The notes under the pieces were generated by a model. It searched no databases. It saw only the letters and a list, made by a program, of their open reading frames with translations, and was not told the origin of the DNA. Below are positions 49,374-61,271 of a stretch of 64,000 nt of DNA, one piece after another. The first letter of the stretch is position 1. The number at the start of each line of letters is the position of its first letter. Made by a program: the position numbers and the translations under genes. The DNA is from Asterias rubens (Eukaryota), in assembly GCF_902459465.1 (NCBI RefSeq), contig NC_047068.1, positions 10,664,001-10,728,000 on the forward strand, given 5' to 3'.

Positions 49374-52179
49374 TATCTCCCAATGTGGATATCAGTGGCT
49401 ATCAATGAAGAGTAAACAATCAAACTACCCCAATTGGGTGATTTCTACCCCAATTGAAACTGTTTTCTACCAATCAGGGTATTTTGTGACATCACCAATG
49501 GTAAAATCAAGATTAAAATGATTAATGAGTACTGAAACCGCACAAAATATAGCCCTGTATTGAAGTCAATAATACTCAACAGAAAAGTTCTTGAAAAAAA
49601 TAAATTGATAAAGAATACATCCCAAAAATAAATGTCTAGACTTTAGAAACTTGAAACCCTGATGTGGAAAAAAAGGAATAATAATCTGTTGGAGGAAGAT
49701 GCCTCGCATTTTTTAAAGAAATACTGGACATTCTAAAAGAATACTTCAAGATGCACTGAAAAACAAACCCCAGCAAAAGCCAATAAGTTTAGTCACAATT
49801 TTAGTTTCTATAATTCGTTAGGTCAGCGCCGTAAGGTTTATTGTCCGTTATGATTAAAAGATCGTTAAACTAAAAATGTGTTTCAGTTTGTAAACAACTA
49901 AGGGAATAAAATCCACAAATGAAAATGATTTTTTTGCGCCAAACATTGTCTTTGGAGACTACTCTTGGTCAATAGACTCCATTACCCAGGAGCTCCAGAA
50001 TATAGTTTTATGAAATCCACACAGACTGCACCAACAAACTTTACGCCCCGAGCCGACAAATTGTTATATTGTATGCAAAGAAATACATTGCAATGGAAAA
50101 CATTTTTTTGTAATTTTTCCTTCAGTTTTATAGTGAACTAAAAGTTGCATTAAATTTTTCGCAAAGCCATCTTATACAATCTAAACTTTTGCTAAGATTA
50201 AAAACTCACATTTTTCAATGGCTTGAATGTTAAGATTGAGAGAACAACAAAAACCATTCCCTTGCCAAAAAAGCTAACTAAATGAGGAACAAGTGAATTT
50301 GTCTTCACTGGAGGATAAAGAAGTACAAAGATTAAAACTGATTTGTTTTTGTCTCTTACAAATCAATATTAGATTAAGGCCTTTTGAAACAAAAACAGGG
50401 CGAGAGCAATTTTGAAATAATGTTGTTTTTTCTTCTTCTTCTATTTGGTAGAAAACTAATTTGCAAGACAGTAAAATATAAGAAGTTAGCAAAATATATT
50501 GTGCACTGTGAAAAAAACTACTTCTATCTTTCAAGCTAAACAGCTGATGGTACGACTACCCTTGTATCTCTTTACGATGATTATTTAAAAACAAGTTTAA
50601 AGATACCCGATAAAATGCCTTTATGAAAATGTGGAATCCTTAAAATTATCTTTCCGCATATCCAATATTTTTAGTTTTGAACTGTTTAATTCATGCATTA
50701 GATCTAAATAAAACAATACTTGGTTTCTTTCAAACGGCCTATTTTGCTCTCATGACAGTTTAGAAATGGCTCAAGGCTATACGCCTAGTAATAAGGTGGA
50801 TGACAAATTGCACTGTGACTAGTGAAAGTATTGCGATTTATTGTGTAGCTGTTTTGTGATAAATAGTTTCAATTGTTCTTATCTGGTTTTAAATGAAGAA
50901 CTTGTTGACAACAACCACATAGAAAAGGGGATTTGATATTTTTACATTTTATGTGCAATACGGGTCCAGGTTTCTATATGTTTAAAAGGATTACAGAAAA
51001 ATGTTTCCCCTCTTAGACTTTGCTAAATCATAAACAGTTTTGTTTATCTTTCGGTTTTAATGAACTGTACAGTAACCTATCTATCAGAGGTTAATATTTA
51101 CAAAGTGCACTGAACTTTTAAAAATGGAATGTGAAAAAATGTTCGTACAGAATAAAATTGACATTTTGATGGTCTCTAGGCTTCTAGTAAAAACACAGAA
51201 TTCTGATTTGCAAAATGTGACAAAATCTAGGAAACCTAAACATAGTGCTTCTCTGAAATAAAACTAAAAAGGTGATGTGTTGATTGCAATAATGACACTA
51301 CTCATCATGTTATTAACTTCTATAGATTATCTTTTTTTTATGATGTAAAATTTCAGATTTTCAGAATACAAATAATTTCAAAAAAAGTTTGATAAAGATA
51401 GTTTTTTACTTGATATCACACAGTGTAAAGTCAGCCATCTTTACAACCAATGATTATCATTTATTCAATGCACAACTTTGGGTCATTTATATTGTGTTTT
51501 GCACACTGAAGTTTTATTGAATTCCTTGTACGATTGGTCAGTTAACCACTTGGTCTCATGGAAAATTAGAAACATAGCGCACAAATACTAAAGTTGAAAT
51601 GAGGACATCATTCATGCCAAGTCAACGGAACCATAAGAAAATGGCTGTGGCCACTCTGTTAATTTGTTCAAATTAGAACGCTTGACTCAGCTCAAAGCCA
51701 AAATCCAAGTAAAGATGGTATGTATACCTGGAACTTTCTACAGTGACTGTCCCACATGTGTCACGAACAGAAAAACTGACAGACAAAATGCATCAAACGA
51801 ACAGATTAATTAGCTGGATGTCCTTACAGTGTAATAGAGTTTAGACAAAGAAACAGTCACACGCATTGTACATTACATGGTACTTTGGCTGGTAACCAGT
51901 TTCCTGCAAAGTATTCTTAAACTGCCTTTAGCAAATTTGTTCACCTTGCAACTTTTTCTGAAAAAAAATTAACAAATTATCTGCCCTTCGACTGAAGAAA
52001 TCGCCACTTTCTCTGCGCATCACATTATAGACAGATTAATTTGGACAAGAGGAAACACTGTTTTTTCTGCTTTTTTTGTCTTCTCTTTTTTTTGGGAGGA
52101 GGGGGGGGGGTGTTTATTGGACAGAATTATAGATCTAGACTTGAGACTTACCACAACGCACCTATAGTGCTAACGCACC

Positions 52180-52329
52180 CTAACGAGTGATAAAATTAGG
52201 ATTGGTGTAAGTGAACCCGTCAAACTCTGTTTGATCCAAATTCATGATGAACAATTTGTCGGTCGGGGTTAACACTGGTTCCTCTCGAGTGAACTCCTTG
52301 TCGAAGTTACTGGTGTCTTGGGATCCTTT
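52180..52329 (-). CDS. PRKCB: Classical PKC distal alternative C-terminal (V5) exon, betaI-type: KGSQDTSNFDKEFTREEPVLTPTDKLFIMNLDQTEFDGFTYTNPNFITR*
   Basis: Acceptor aatgcAG at 52330-52331, phase 0, 150 nt. Has turn motif LTPT and hydrophobic motif FDGFTY. Confidence 0.92.
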   Translation of the reverse strand, partial: KGSQDTSNFDKEFTREEPVLTPTDKLFIMNLDQTEFDGFTYTNPNFITR

Positions 52330-55300
52330 CTGCATTGTGGAGGGCACCAGGGAATAAAAGACAAGCGGTGACGGACAGTGAAGGGGAAAATTGATGACGA
52401 AGACAAGGGGTGTGGCATTATTTGAAAAAAACAAGAGGGCGGGATTGAGGTGAAAAGATAAAGCATAAAAGCATTATTTACAGACCATAATTTTCCTAGA
52501 TATATGTCCATATGTTATATATAAAATGAGTAGGGTAGATGGTCTTAGCTTTCGATCCAAACCGACCTTCTCCAATAATGATGATATGTTTAAAATAACA
52601 CAATCTAACCAAACTAAAATCATATACAATTAAAATGTTTTGCTGGTGTCTGGAAAGGGTGTCAAAATTTGCAATTTAAATCTGTGTTCACTTCAAACAC
52701 ACCTAAAAAAACACACATAAAGGATACCTAGAGCACCCTCTTTGACGTGAATAACTTTGAACAAGTAATCCTGAAAGAAATTCTACCTTACATATATAAC
52801 CTCTCCCTCTCTATGCTACTGTCTTGGTCGCCCTGCTTCAATATTATTTTGGCTGTAACAAACAACATTTTCTCCACCCTCTTCCTTTAACGTTCCAGCT
52901 TTGAGAAATATTGAATGCTTTTGTACTGATGAAATAATTACATTTTTTGTTCTTGGTGGAGTGAATAAGTCCGCTCAATGAAATTAGGTTTTCTTGAAGG
53001 ACTATTCAATGACTAAATTTATGGTCTTGTTTCAGAGATAGTCCGGTTGATTAGTTTAATTTAAATCTTAAAAAGATCAATTAGTATAAAGATAGCACTG
53101 GTACCAACTCCCCTGAAAATTTTAATTTCTGTCTCAAAAATTCACTTTCTTGGTCTTTGCCGAGGAAATTCTTGATTTTATACTTGGTGGTTGGAATAAA
53201 AATCTTCACCTAAACCAATAGTCTCTCAAAAATAGTACTGGTGGAGTTTTACAAAACATATTTCATATTTTACACAATTATTAGATATCTGGTAGTTTGG
53301 TTTGTTATTATAATTAATCTATTTTTAGAGTATTTTTTTGGCGAGTATCATTTCTTGCACAACAAATTTTTATTTTCTCACAATTTATATAATCATATAA
53401 AATAAAACGCAATTGAAATCGGTGGTGAATTAAAAAGTATGATGGTTTCAATTTGTTTGTAACAAAAATTCAAAAATTTTCATTGGTCTTCAACTTATAC
53501 TGGCATAATAAATAAAGACAGTACTGTTTAGACTCAATCAAATCACACTTATTTTCTGAACCAATTTTTGCATACGAGAGAAAACCTTGACGTACCAAAA
53601 TTTCTTTTTTCTACCACAATATTGAAGGACTTTTCAATATTACAGATTTGAAATAATTGATTTTAGGTCAAAATCCCAAACAGCAAAGCTCCAATTTCCT
53701 TCGCCTCAGTTCTGATAATTGAAAAATATTACTGCACTATCATGTACTGTGGGATTAATTTTGAGCCATAAAAAAAAAAATAGATAATGCCAGACAGCGC
53801 AAGACTTTGCACAGTGCTGTCAAATTTGTAATGGCATAGCTAAGAACTCAAAAACGAGAATTGTATGCCTAAATTATTTAAAGGTGATTTTAGAGTTGTG
53901 CTATGGTGTATGGATTTTACTTTGCATATATTATTTCACAGCAAACATTAAAGCTTCAGAAAGTATGCATAAAAATTGTAAAAAATTGCTCCTTACTTCT
54001 GAAATTTTACCTAGAGTACTGATGCGGAAAAAAAGATAAAAAAAGAGGGGAGGAGGGGAACTAAAAATGACATGACATCAGTTCACAGTCAAACCATGCA
54101 TGGATCATTCCAACACACTGGATCTGGTTAAGCTGACGTAAAGTAAATTCCTGTCAAGCCATCCAGGCATACATAATTTCATGGGAATACTAATACGGCA
54201 AAATTGAAGCCAAAAGTCTGTAGCCAAAAGGCAGCCATGTTGCCACTCACTTTTAGTTGCACTTTGAGCACGAATACATGAGAGGACATTTGGAGTGCGT
54301 TTTGGCGACCGCAACCAGAAACATTGGTCATCGGTTGAGCGTTTTTGCTGCGTGTTCGGTTGAGCGCGGTGATGATGCTGTTCAAACCAACTGGTAACCG
54401 ACTTGTTGAGTCAATTGATTGGGAGACAGGGAACCAAATCAAATTACTATTGAGCTGACAACACTCTTTTGTTTCTGTAGGGAGTGGGAAAATGGCGCAA
54501 AAGGAGTGGTAAAATGGCGCAAGTGAAGTGGTAAAAAGGTGGCTTCACCGGTCAATTTAACAGAGTCCAATGTGTCATACCGTGCAATTATTACATGCCA
54601 TGCAGTCCAATCAAATAACAAAACAAGTTAACAGATCAAATAAACGACTTATTCCCTCATTTTCGGCCACGTTTAGAATTGAACAATCGTCCTGCATGGC
54701 TAAACACTCAGCCAAATAATAATTTCAGTTAATGATTTCAATGATTTCAGTGACACAAAATACTCGTGGATGAAGAGATCAAACCATGATTTTAAACTGA
54801 CAGAAATTAAAAAAAAACACAGATTAAATATTCTCGCAAATTACATTCAAAATTTACCCGTTACAAAATATGCAGTGAACCACTAGTAAAAAAAGTTCTG
54901 CTCTAATATAGCTACTGATGGCTGTTTGTATATAAGACTAGTTTAAAAAGCTATAGAAAACCATTGGTGATAAAAGCAACTCTGGTATCCTGATTTAAGG
55001 CCTAATAAAAAGCACTAAATAGCAAGGGGGACCATGCTACAAGTTGCAAGCAAAGCAGAAAGATCAAACAGGCGTTTTCCAAACTTTGGGTAAACTTATC
55101 TGGCTCCATGCTCGACTTATGCAGCACTGTACAAAATGCACACTGCTCTAAAATTGAAGCCTGAGCCTAAGCCAAGATTTTGAAAAACTTGGGGTTGGTC
55201 TGATGGGTGCACTTTTATTTGATTTTAAACTCAATAGATTTTGGTATAGTTCCGAAAATTCTTCACGGTTTACTTTGTTTCCCATCTTCTAGACTTAATT

Positions 55301-55855
55301 AAATGTGTCATACAAAGTGTTCTCTGAAATATGAATATTAACCTTAGAAAACACCGAGATCATGTTTTTCCTGGATCAAAATAAGTATAGAAATTTTTTT
55401 TTTCCAAAATTGGTCAAAAAAAGTTTGATAGTTTTGACTGCACTGTAATAACCCTTTCAACCAACTTTACCTCAACCTACTGGGTTTGAAAGGTAGAGCC
55501 ATTCACTTCTTATTTGCATCTTGAAATAAAATAGTTTTTTAGCGACTCGCAACAAACCAAAACGCACATTTTGAAACTTCCTTTCTCAGAGTTGCAACAT
55601 ACAACCACAACAAGTCCAGTTACGCCAGAATAAATTGTCTCAAATAACACATCAACAACACCCTTATCAATCCCTTCACGCAATTGCGGCATGGTTCCCC
55701 TTCCGTACTCAAAAAACAAACAATGCAGCACTACGAAACAATGGTACACAACAAAAATATATAGGGTTTCTACGATACAAACAACAGAGGAAATGACAGC
55801 TTCTTGGAGAGGGTAAGCGCATGGATAAGGCTCCCCGACCACCACACTACGTTTG

Positions 55856-55999
55856 TCACTGGAAATAAGGGTTGACATAGCTGAATCCGGCGAAATCGTC
55901 TTCGTTCAGAGCTCGGATAATCATTTGGTCAGTCGGGGTCAGGGTCACCGGGTTGTTGGTGAAATAGGGGTCAAAATTTTCAGCGGCTCTGGAGGATTT
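55856..55999 (-). CDS. PRKCB: Classical PKC proximal alternative C-terminal (V5) exon, betaII/alpha-type: KSSRAAENFDPYFTNNPVTLTPTDQMIIRALNEDDFAGFSYVNPYFQ*
   Basis: Acceptor ctttccgacAG at 56000-56001, phase 0, 144 nt. Has turn motif LTPT and hydrophobic motif FAGFSY. Confidence 0.92.
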   Translation of the reverse strand, partial: KSSRAAENFDPYFTNNPVTLTPTDQMIIRALNEDDFAGFSYVNPYFQ

Positions 56000-58027
56000 C
56001 TGTCGGAAAGAAAAAGTGGGGAAAAGAAAAAGGGAAAAAGCACAAATAGGGGAGGTGGTAAAAACAATATCGGGGTACCAGTACACTACTACATATAGTT
56101 GGTGGGTTAGCATGGGGACCAGCTTGTGCTCTACAAACTAATGGGTGATGGTAGGTTGACATAGTCAGGGGCTGAAGATACAGAACCCACTTTCATAGAA
56201 CTCTTTTTAAGGAGTAAAAAAATACTCTGCTAAGCATAACTTAGCACGACACCATAATACAGATTAGAATACACTACTTTGGCCAGTAATTTGTTCTATA
56301 GTAAGCATTGTACTTCAACGAGCCTTTTATTAAATTGGGCATGTATCATAAAGCAGTTTCCTTTCCATTCGGTTTGGAGGTTTTCCTTTTTAAAAACTTG
56401 TTTTCTTGGACATTTGTCATCTTGCCCCGAGTTTATCAAATAATGGTGAATTCATATATGTCGTCTTAATTTGTTTGATTTTGTCAGCAAAGTTCTAAAC
56501 TTCTGAAGTTTGACCTTTCATTAAAATGAGGGTCAACCAAAAACTGTATCGAAACCGCGCAAACGTGTATCCTTTATCTATTAATGACATAGACATACTT
56601 TCAAAGAGTTTGACAAAGTGTGTGTGTATCTTCAGCCCTTGAGGGTATACAAACTCTACATGGGCAAAGTCATGCATTATTTCACAACACGTTTCTCAGA
56701 TTTACCAATTTACTCGACAATTTCAAAAAAAAATACAGTGCAGTAACTTTACCCATGTACTATTGGAAATGCTTCTGTATATTAAGATACCGGACACCAG
56801 GGGAAAATACACAGGTTTAATTGCTGAAAGGACGGGGAGCCGCTTTAACACTGGGGGAAGGAGGGCAGGGTGGGTGGTGATGTCTAATCTATGATTACAA
56901 ATCAACGACGAGGGGGTGAGATAATGGGATTCTATAAAATGAAACAGGATTACAAGGTGGGCTGATTTCTTATGACTATTTGATCCAGGAGGCAGGCATA
57001 GTAGTCAGTGGATTAAAATTAAATATCTACAAACGAGAGGCGTTTAACAACATGTAGTAATGGAAAGCAACGATAACTATGTCTGTTGCATTGCAATTGT
57101 GAAAAATGGAGAGAAAAGTGATGAGATTTGTTGTTTCAAACTGAGAAGTGTTGGACGCTACCCTTTTTTGTTGGGGGGGGGGGGGTATTTGTCAGACATT
57201 TCAAAACAAGCCTGTAAATGCTTCTTTAATAATCCCGCATTGGTTTGCTCTGTATCTATTACATTATTTTTTTTTTTTCATTTTATTATTCATGAATTAT
57301 TTTCTTGATCTGTCCTTGACTGTCTTTGACTTAAATAATTAAACAAAAATCAAGAGCTGTTTCCTAGCACTGTGTGCCAAAACGGCTTTATTTACTCAAC
57401 TCGTTTCTATGAAAACAATATTAGGTTAAGAGAGATTGAGAAAATAGAATTAGTTGTCGGAAACAACTTACCAACCAAAAAGACCAATGGTATTAATGCA
57501 AAAAATAGTTTAAGGCATTGCAGAGTGTTTATTTAAGGCTGATAGAAGCCATAAAGACTCAGCAAGGGTTGACACTTTGTGACATTAACTATTTTTGGTA
57601 TGGAAGAGATTGGGGTAGATTTTTCCCTAAGTTCTGTGGAAAGTATGGCATGAATTTGGCTCCAAAGAGCTGCCTTGTTTTTTTGTTTTTTTTTCCCGTT
57701 AATTAATCTGTAGAATCATTTACTTCATGAGCTACATCCACAAGTCTTAATAATGTACAATGCAACAGACTAAGTTATAATATGACTTAATTCCACACTT
57801 CATGTTGATACAAGTCTCTGTGACTAATTACTTATTGGACTCAAGCGCATGCATTCCTTCATTATTAAAAAGCATCCTCTTTAGCGTAATTTGAAATTAA
57901 GAAAATGAGCTGCTAACTTCACAATGTTTGGTAAAGTGAACAACTTTGAAAATGAAAATCAACGAGGAAAGTGAAGAATTGCTTTCAAAACAAACATTTC
58001 TACAGAAACAAATCTTTCTAAGGAAGT

Positions 58028-58384
58028 NNNNNNNNNNNNNNNNNNNNNNNNNNNNNNNNNNNNNNNNNNNNNNNNNNNNNNNNNNNNNNNNNNNNNNNNN
58101 NNNNNNNNNNNNNNNNNNNNNNNNNNNNNNNNNNNNNNNNNNNNNNNNNNNNNNNNNNNNNNNNNNNNNNNNNNNNNNNNNNNNNNNNNNNNNNNNNNNN
58201 NNNNNNNNNNNNNNNNNNNNNNNNNNNNNNNNNNNNNNNNNNNNNNNNNNNNNNNNNNNNNNNNNNNNNNNNNNNNNNNNNNNNNNNNNNNNNNNNNNNN
58301 NNNNNNNNNNNNNNNNNNNNNNNNNNNNNNNNNNNNNNNNNNNNNNNNNNNNNNNNNNNNNNNNNNNNNNNNNNNNNNNNNNNN
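58028..58384. other. Assembly gap (357 N)
   Basis: Run of N. Confidence 1.
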
Positions 58385-58672
58385 AACTGTGAAATGAAAA
58401 CCCAGTTACCACGGACTAAGAGGAGTTACAAAGTGCCATGAACAAAATACACTGAGTGACCACAGCAGAGTGAAATCAAGTTTTCGCTATCCCAGGACGC
58501 AAAAACAAAACTTGCTCACAATTTTGAATTTTGCCTGCCTGACATGTTTGTAGGTGAAAACAGAACTCCAAAATAAAAAACAAGAGTAGAAAACTGTAAA
58601 AAAAAAACGTTGCATAGAGAGACAGACAAACCAACAGACGGACGGACAAACCGACAGAGAGGATTCACTTAC

Positions 58673-58810
58673 AATTTTGGGGACAAAGGGAGGTTGGACC
58701 TCCCTGTTGACGAGCTTTCCCCAGTCGATACGACGAAAGAATGGATGCTCTTGAATATCCTTCTCAGCGTTGGCGCTTCCGAGCCTCTTAGCAGGGTGCT
58801 TGGTTAGAAA
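58673..58810 (-). CDS. PRKCB: Classical PKC exon ([11 protein letters not shown]...[10 protein letters not shown])
   Basis: ttggtAG ... ATT|GTAAGT, 138 nt, phase 0. Confidence 0.95.
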
Positions 58811-58844
58811 CTACCAAGAAAAATACACATTTCTTTTTATTGCT

Positions 58845-58978
58845 ATGGGAGACTTTGGAACGCTAGGTGGCAGCAGACTTACCAGGTAAATTTCCATTGT
58901 TAACATAGTTCTGAGCATGCGCACATTACCGAGAACAATGGACTTTACCTGCCACCAAGCGTCCTAAAAGTCTCCCAT
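58845..58978. mobile_element. Palindromic MITE with CTCF-like motif in its TIR
   Basis: ATGGGAGACTTTGGAACGCTAGGTGGCAG / CTGCCACCAAGCGTCCTAAAAGTCTCCCAT. Confidence 0.7.
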
Positions 58979-59022
58979 TCATTCAAGTTTCCTGTTTTGG
59001 CCATTTGCTGTTGTTTCTTTAA

Positions 59023-59389
59023 AGCCATTATACACTTTCGGTACAGGAAACAAACAAAAAAGTTCACAGATTTACAAATAATTTACAGGGTTTACAGAAG
59101 GTCACGGTGAAAGACTTATCTTGAAATATTATTCCATGAAATGCTTTACTTTTTGAGAAAACATTAAAACAATATCAATTCTCGATAGCGAGAATTACGG
59201 ATTTATTTTAAACACATGTCATGGCACGGCGAAACGTGGGGAAACAAGGGTGGGTTTTCCCGTTATTTTCTCCCGACTCCGATGACCGATTGAGCTGAAA
59301 TTTTCATAGGTTTGTTATTTTATATATAAGTCGTGATACACGAAGCGTGGGCCTTGGACAACACTGTTTACCGAAAGTGTCCAATGGCT
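59023..59389 (-). mobile_element. TTAA-type MITE family B
   Basis: TTAA at 59019 and 59390. Reverse complement of the 35107 copy. Confidence 0.85.
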
Positions 59390-59906
59390 TTAAATATTGC
59401 TCTAAAAGTAGTTGATTTTACAAGTAGTTTTTGTAGTTTTGTATATTAAAGAAGCTTGAATCAAATTCCTCCTCCAGGGAAACAAATAAGAAGAGAAATA
59501 CACAACAATATTCATTCAAATAACTATTGTATAATATATGGGTTCAGGCCCTACATGTCGTTCTTTAAGAGGCACACACAATTTTCCTTTGGGAAGGGGG
59601 CTGGGGCACTTCTATCAGCAGACATGCAACTTTCTAATTGCAAACAAAAGAGAAAATGGCCGATCACGCTTAACTTTTGCACAGTTTTTTATTTCTTTTT
59701 TTTTTCCAGTTTTCTGTGGCACTGTTTTGAAAAGAACAGAAGGAAATCAGCTAATCAGCTGAAAAGTTGCAAGCCTGTATGTTAGTGGAGCACCAGTCAC
59801 AACAATGTAAACTTAATTTAGTTTTGGCTGCTAACCTGTTTCTGTTAAGCAATACTTTTCTGTGCTTAGCAATTTTTTGTGCTTACATACTTGACGAAAG
59901 GTTCTA

Positions 59907-60038
<132 letters not shown>

Positions 60039-60123
60039 TCAAACATCGCACGGTAAAAACCAGAATCAGTAATTCAGAGCTGCCATCATTTGCCTTGCAA
60101 TCAGGGACAACAAGCAGGAAGAC

Positions 60124-60419
60124 TATATATATTTGGTTTACGGTAACACCAGGTGTGTATCTACTTGCCAGGTAGAGTTTGTTCTTAGAAAACTGTCTTT
60201 CTTTATTCAATTACTGCGGCGTAGATTTATCGGATGTTCAGGAGACCGAAAAGAACTGTCCTGCTTTTTAACTATTACCCGGGCGGAAGGTATACAAAAT
60301 TAGCTGGGACAACTACTTGAGCTTAATATAGGATCGTTATGAACTTCACTACCTTGAAGTCAGCTCTTGAATTGGTCTCAACGTTTCGACTAGCTTGCTC
60401 TAGTCATCGTCAGGAAGAC
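60124..60419 (-). mobile_element. Hammerhead-bearing Penelope-like repeat copy in a PKC intron
   Basis: Homologous to the copies at 29401-29580 and 38100-38410. Flanked by the 9-bp direct repeat CAGGAAGAC (60115, 60411). Confidence 0.7.
60375..60419 (-). ncRNA. Minimal type I hammerhead ribozyme motif (second copy)
   Basis: GTCTTC | CTGACGA | T | GACTAG agcaag CTAGTC | GAAA | CGTT | GAGAC. Palindromic AACGTT is intact. Confidence 0.68.
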
Positions 60420-60674
60420 ATTAAGAATTGGGGGCTGGATAGAGGCAATTTCCTCCACGAAGTAAAAAGCCAGAATTTACATTAAAAAAAAGAGAAAATA
60501 GAATTAGCTGTTGCAAACCAATCAGAAGGACCTCGAGTATAATGAAAGAAATACTTAATGGCCCCACGTTTCGGCCACAGCAGAGTCTTTCTCAAATGGT
60601 TAACACGTCAGGCCGTTTACTTTTTTTTTATATATATATATAAAAAGGAGGGAAAAAAGAAGGAATGTTCTTAC

Positions 60675-60755
60675 CTGACCAGCTAACATTTCATAGAGTA
60701 ATACACCATAAGCCCACCAGTCTACTGCTCTGCCATATGGCTGTAAGGCAACAAT
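60675..60755 (-). CDS. PRKCB: Classical PKC exon ([27 protein letters not shown])
   Basis: tacAG ... CAG|GTAAGA, 81 nt. Confidence 0.96.
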
Positions 60756-60829
60756 CTGTATACAAAGAAAAGAATTAGACAAAACAACTTGAGAAAAAGA
60801 GGAAAAAGAACAAGACTCCTTAGGAATTT

Positions 60830-61271
60830 AGGCTGGTCTCTTGTCTCTACCTAGCCAATAACCACACTGCCTAAAAAGGTACCAAACATAGGCTGGTCTC
60901 TTTTCTCTACCAACCCTAATAACCACATTGGCAAAAAAAGATACCAAACATAGGCTGGTCTCTTTTCTCTACCAAGCCAATAACCACATTGGCAAACAAT
61001 TATACCAAACGTAGGCTGGTCTCATTTCTCTACCAAGCTGAGGCTGTGTTTGAATCAATCGCCTTTGACTATACCGCTTCTGCCCTTGGCTGAAATGCTC
61101 CAGTCAAATTCACTGCGGTAGTCGAAAACTGGTAAGCGGAAACCAAACATAGGCTGGTCTCTTTTCTCTACCAACCCTATAACCATACTGCCAAAAAAAG
61201 ATACCAAACATAGGCTGGTTTCTTTTCTCTACCAACCCTAATAACCATATTGGCAAAGAAAGGTACCAAAC
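60830..61271. repeat. Tandem repeat of about 61 bp, about 5.5 units, interrupted at about 61041-61140
   Basis: AGGCTGGT at 60830, 60890, 60952, 61013, 61151 and 61212. Confidence 0.85.

Noticed and set aside
56853-56874. G-quadruplex GGGGG-AAGGA-GGG-CA-GGG-T-GGG upstream of the proximal PKC tail exon
   Set aside because: It is on the template strand, so it is absent from the pre-mRNA, and G/C runs are common background here.
57897-58412. 171-aa and 148-aa ORFs
   Set aside because: Artefacts of translating through the N gap.
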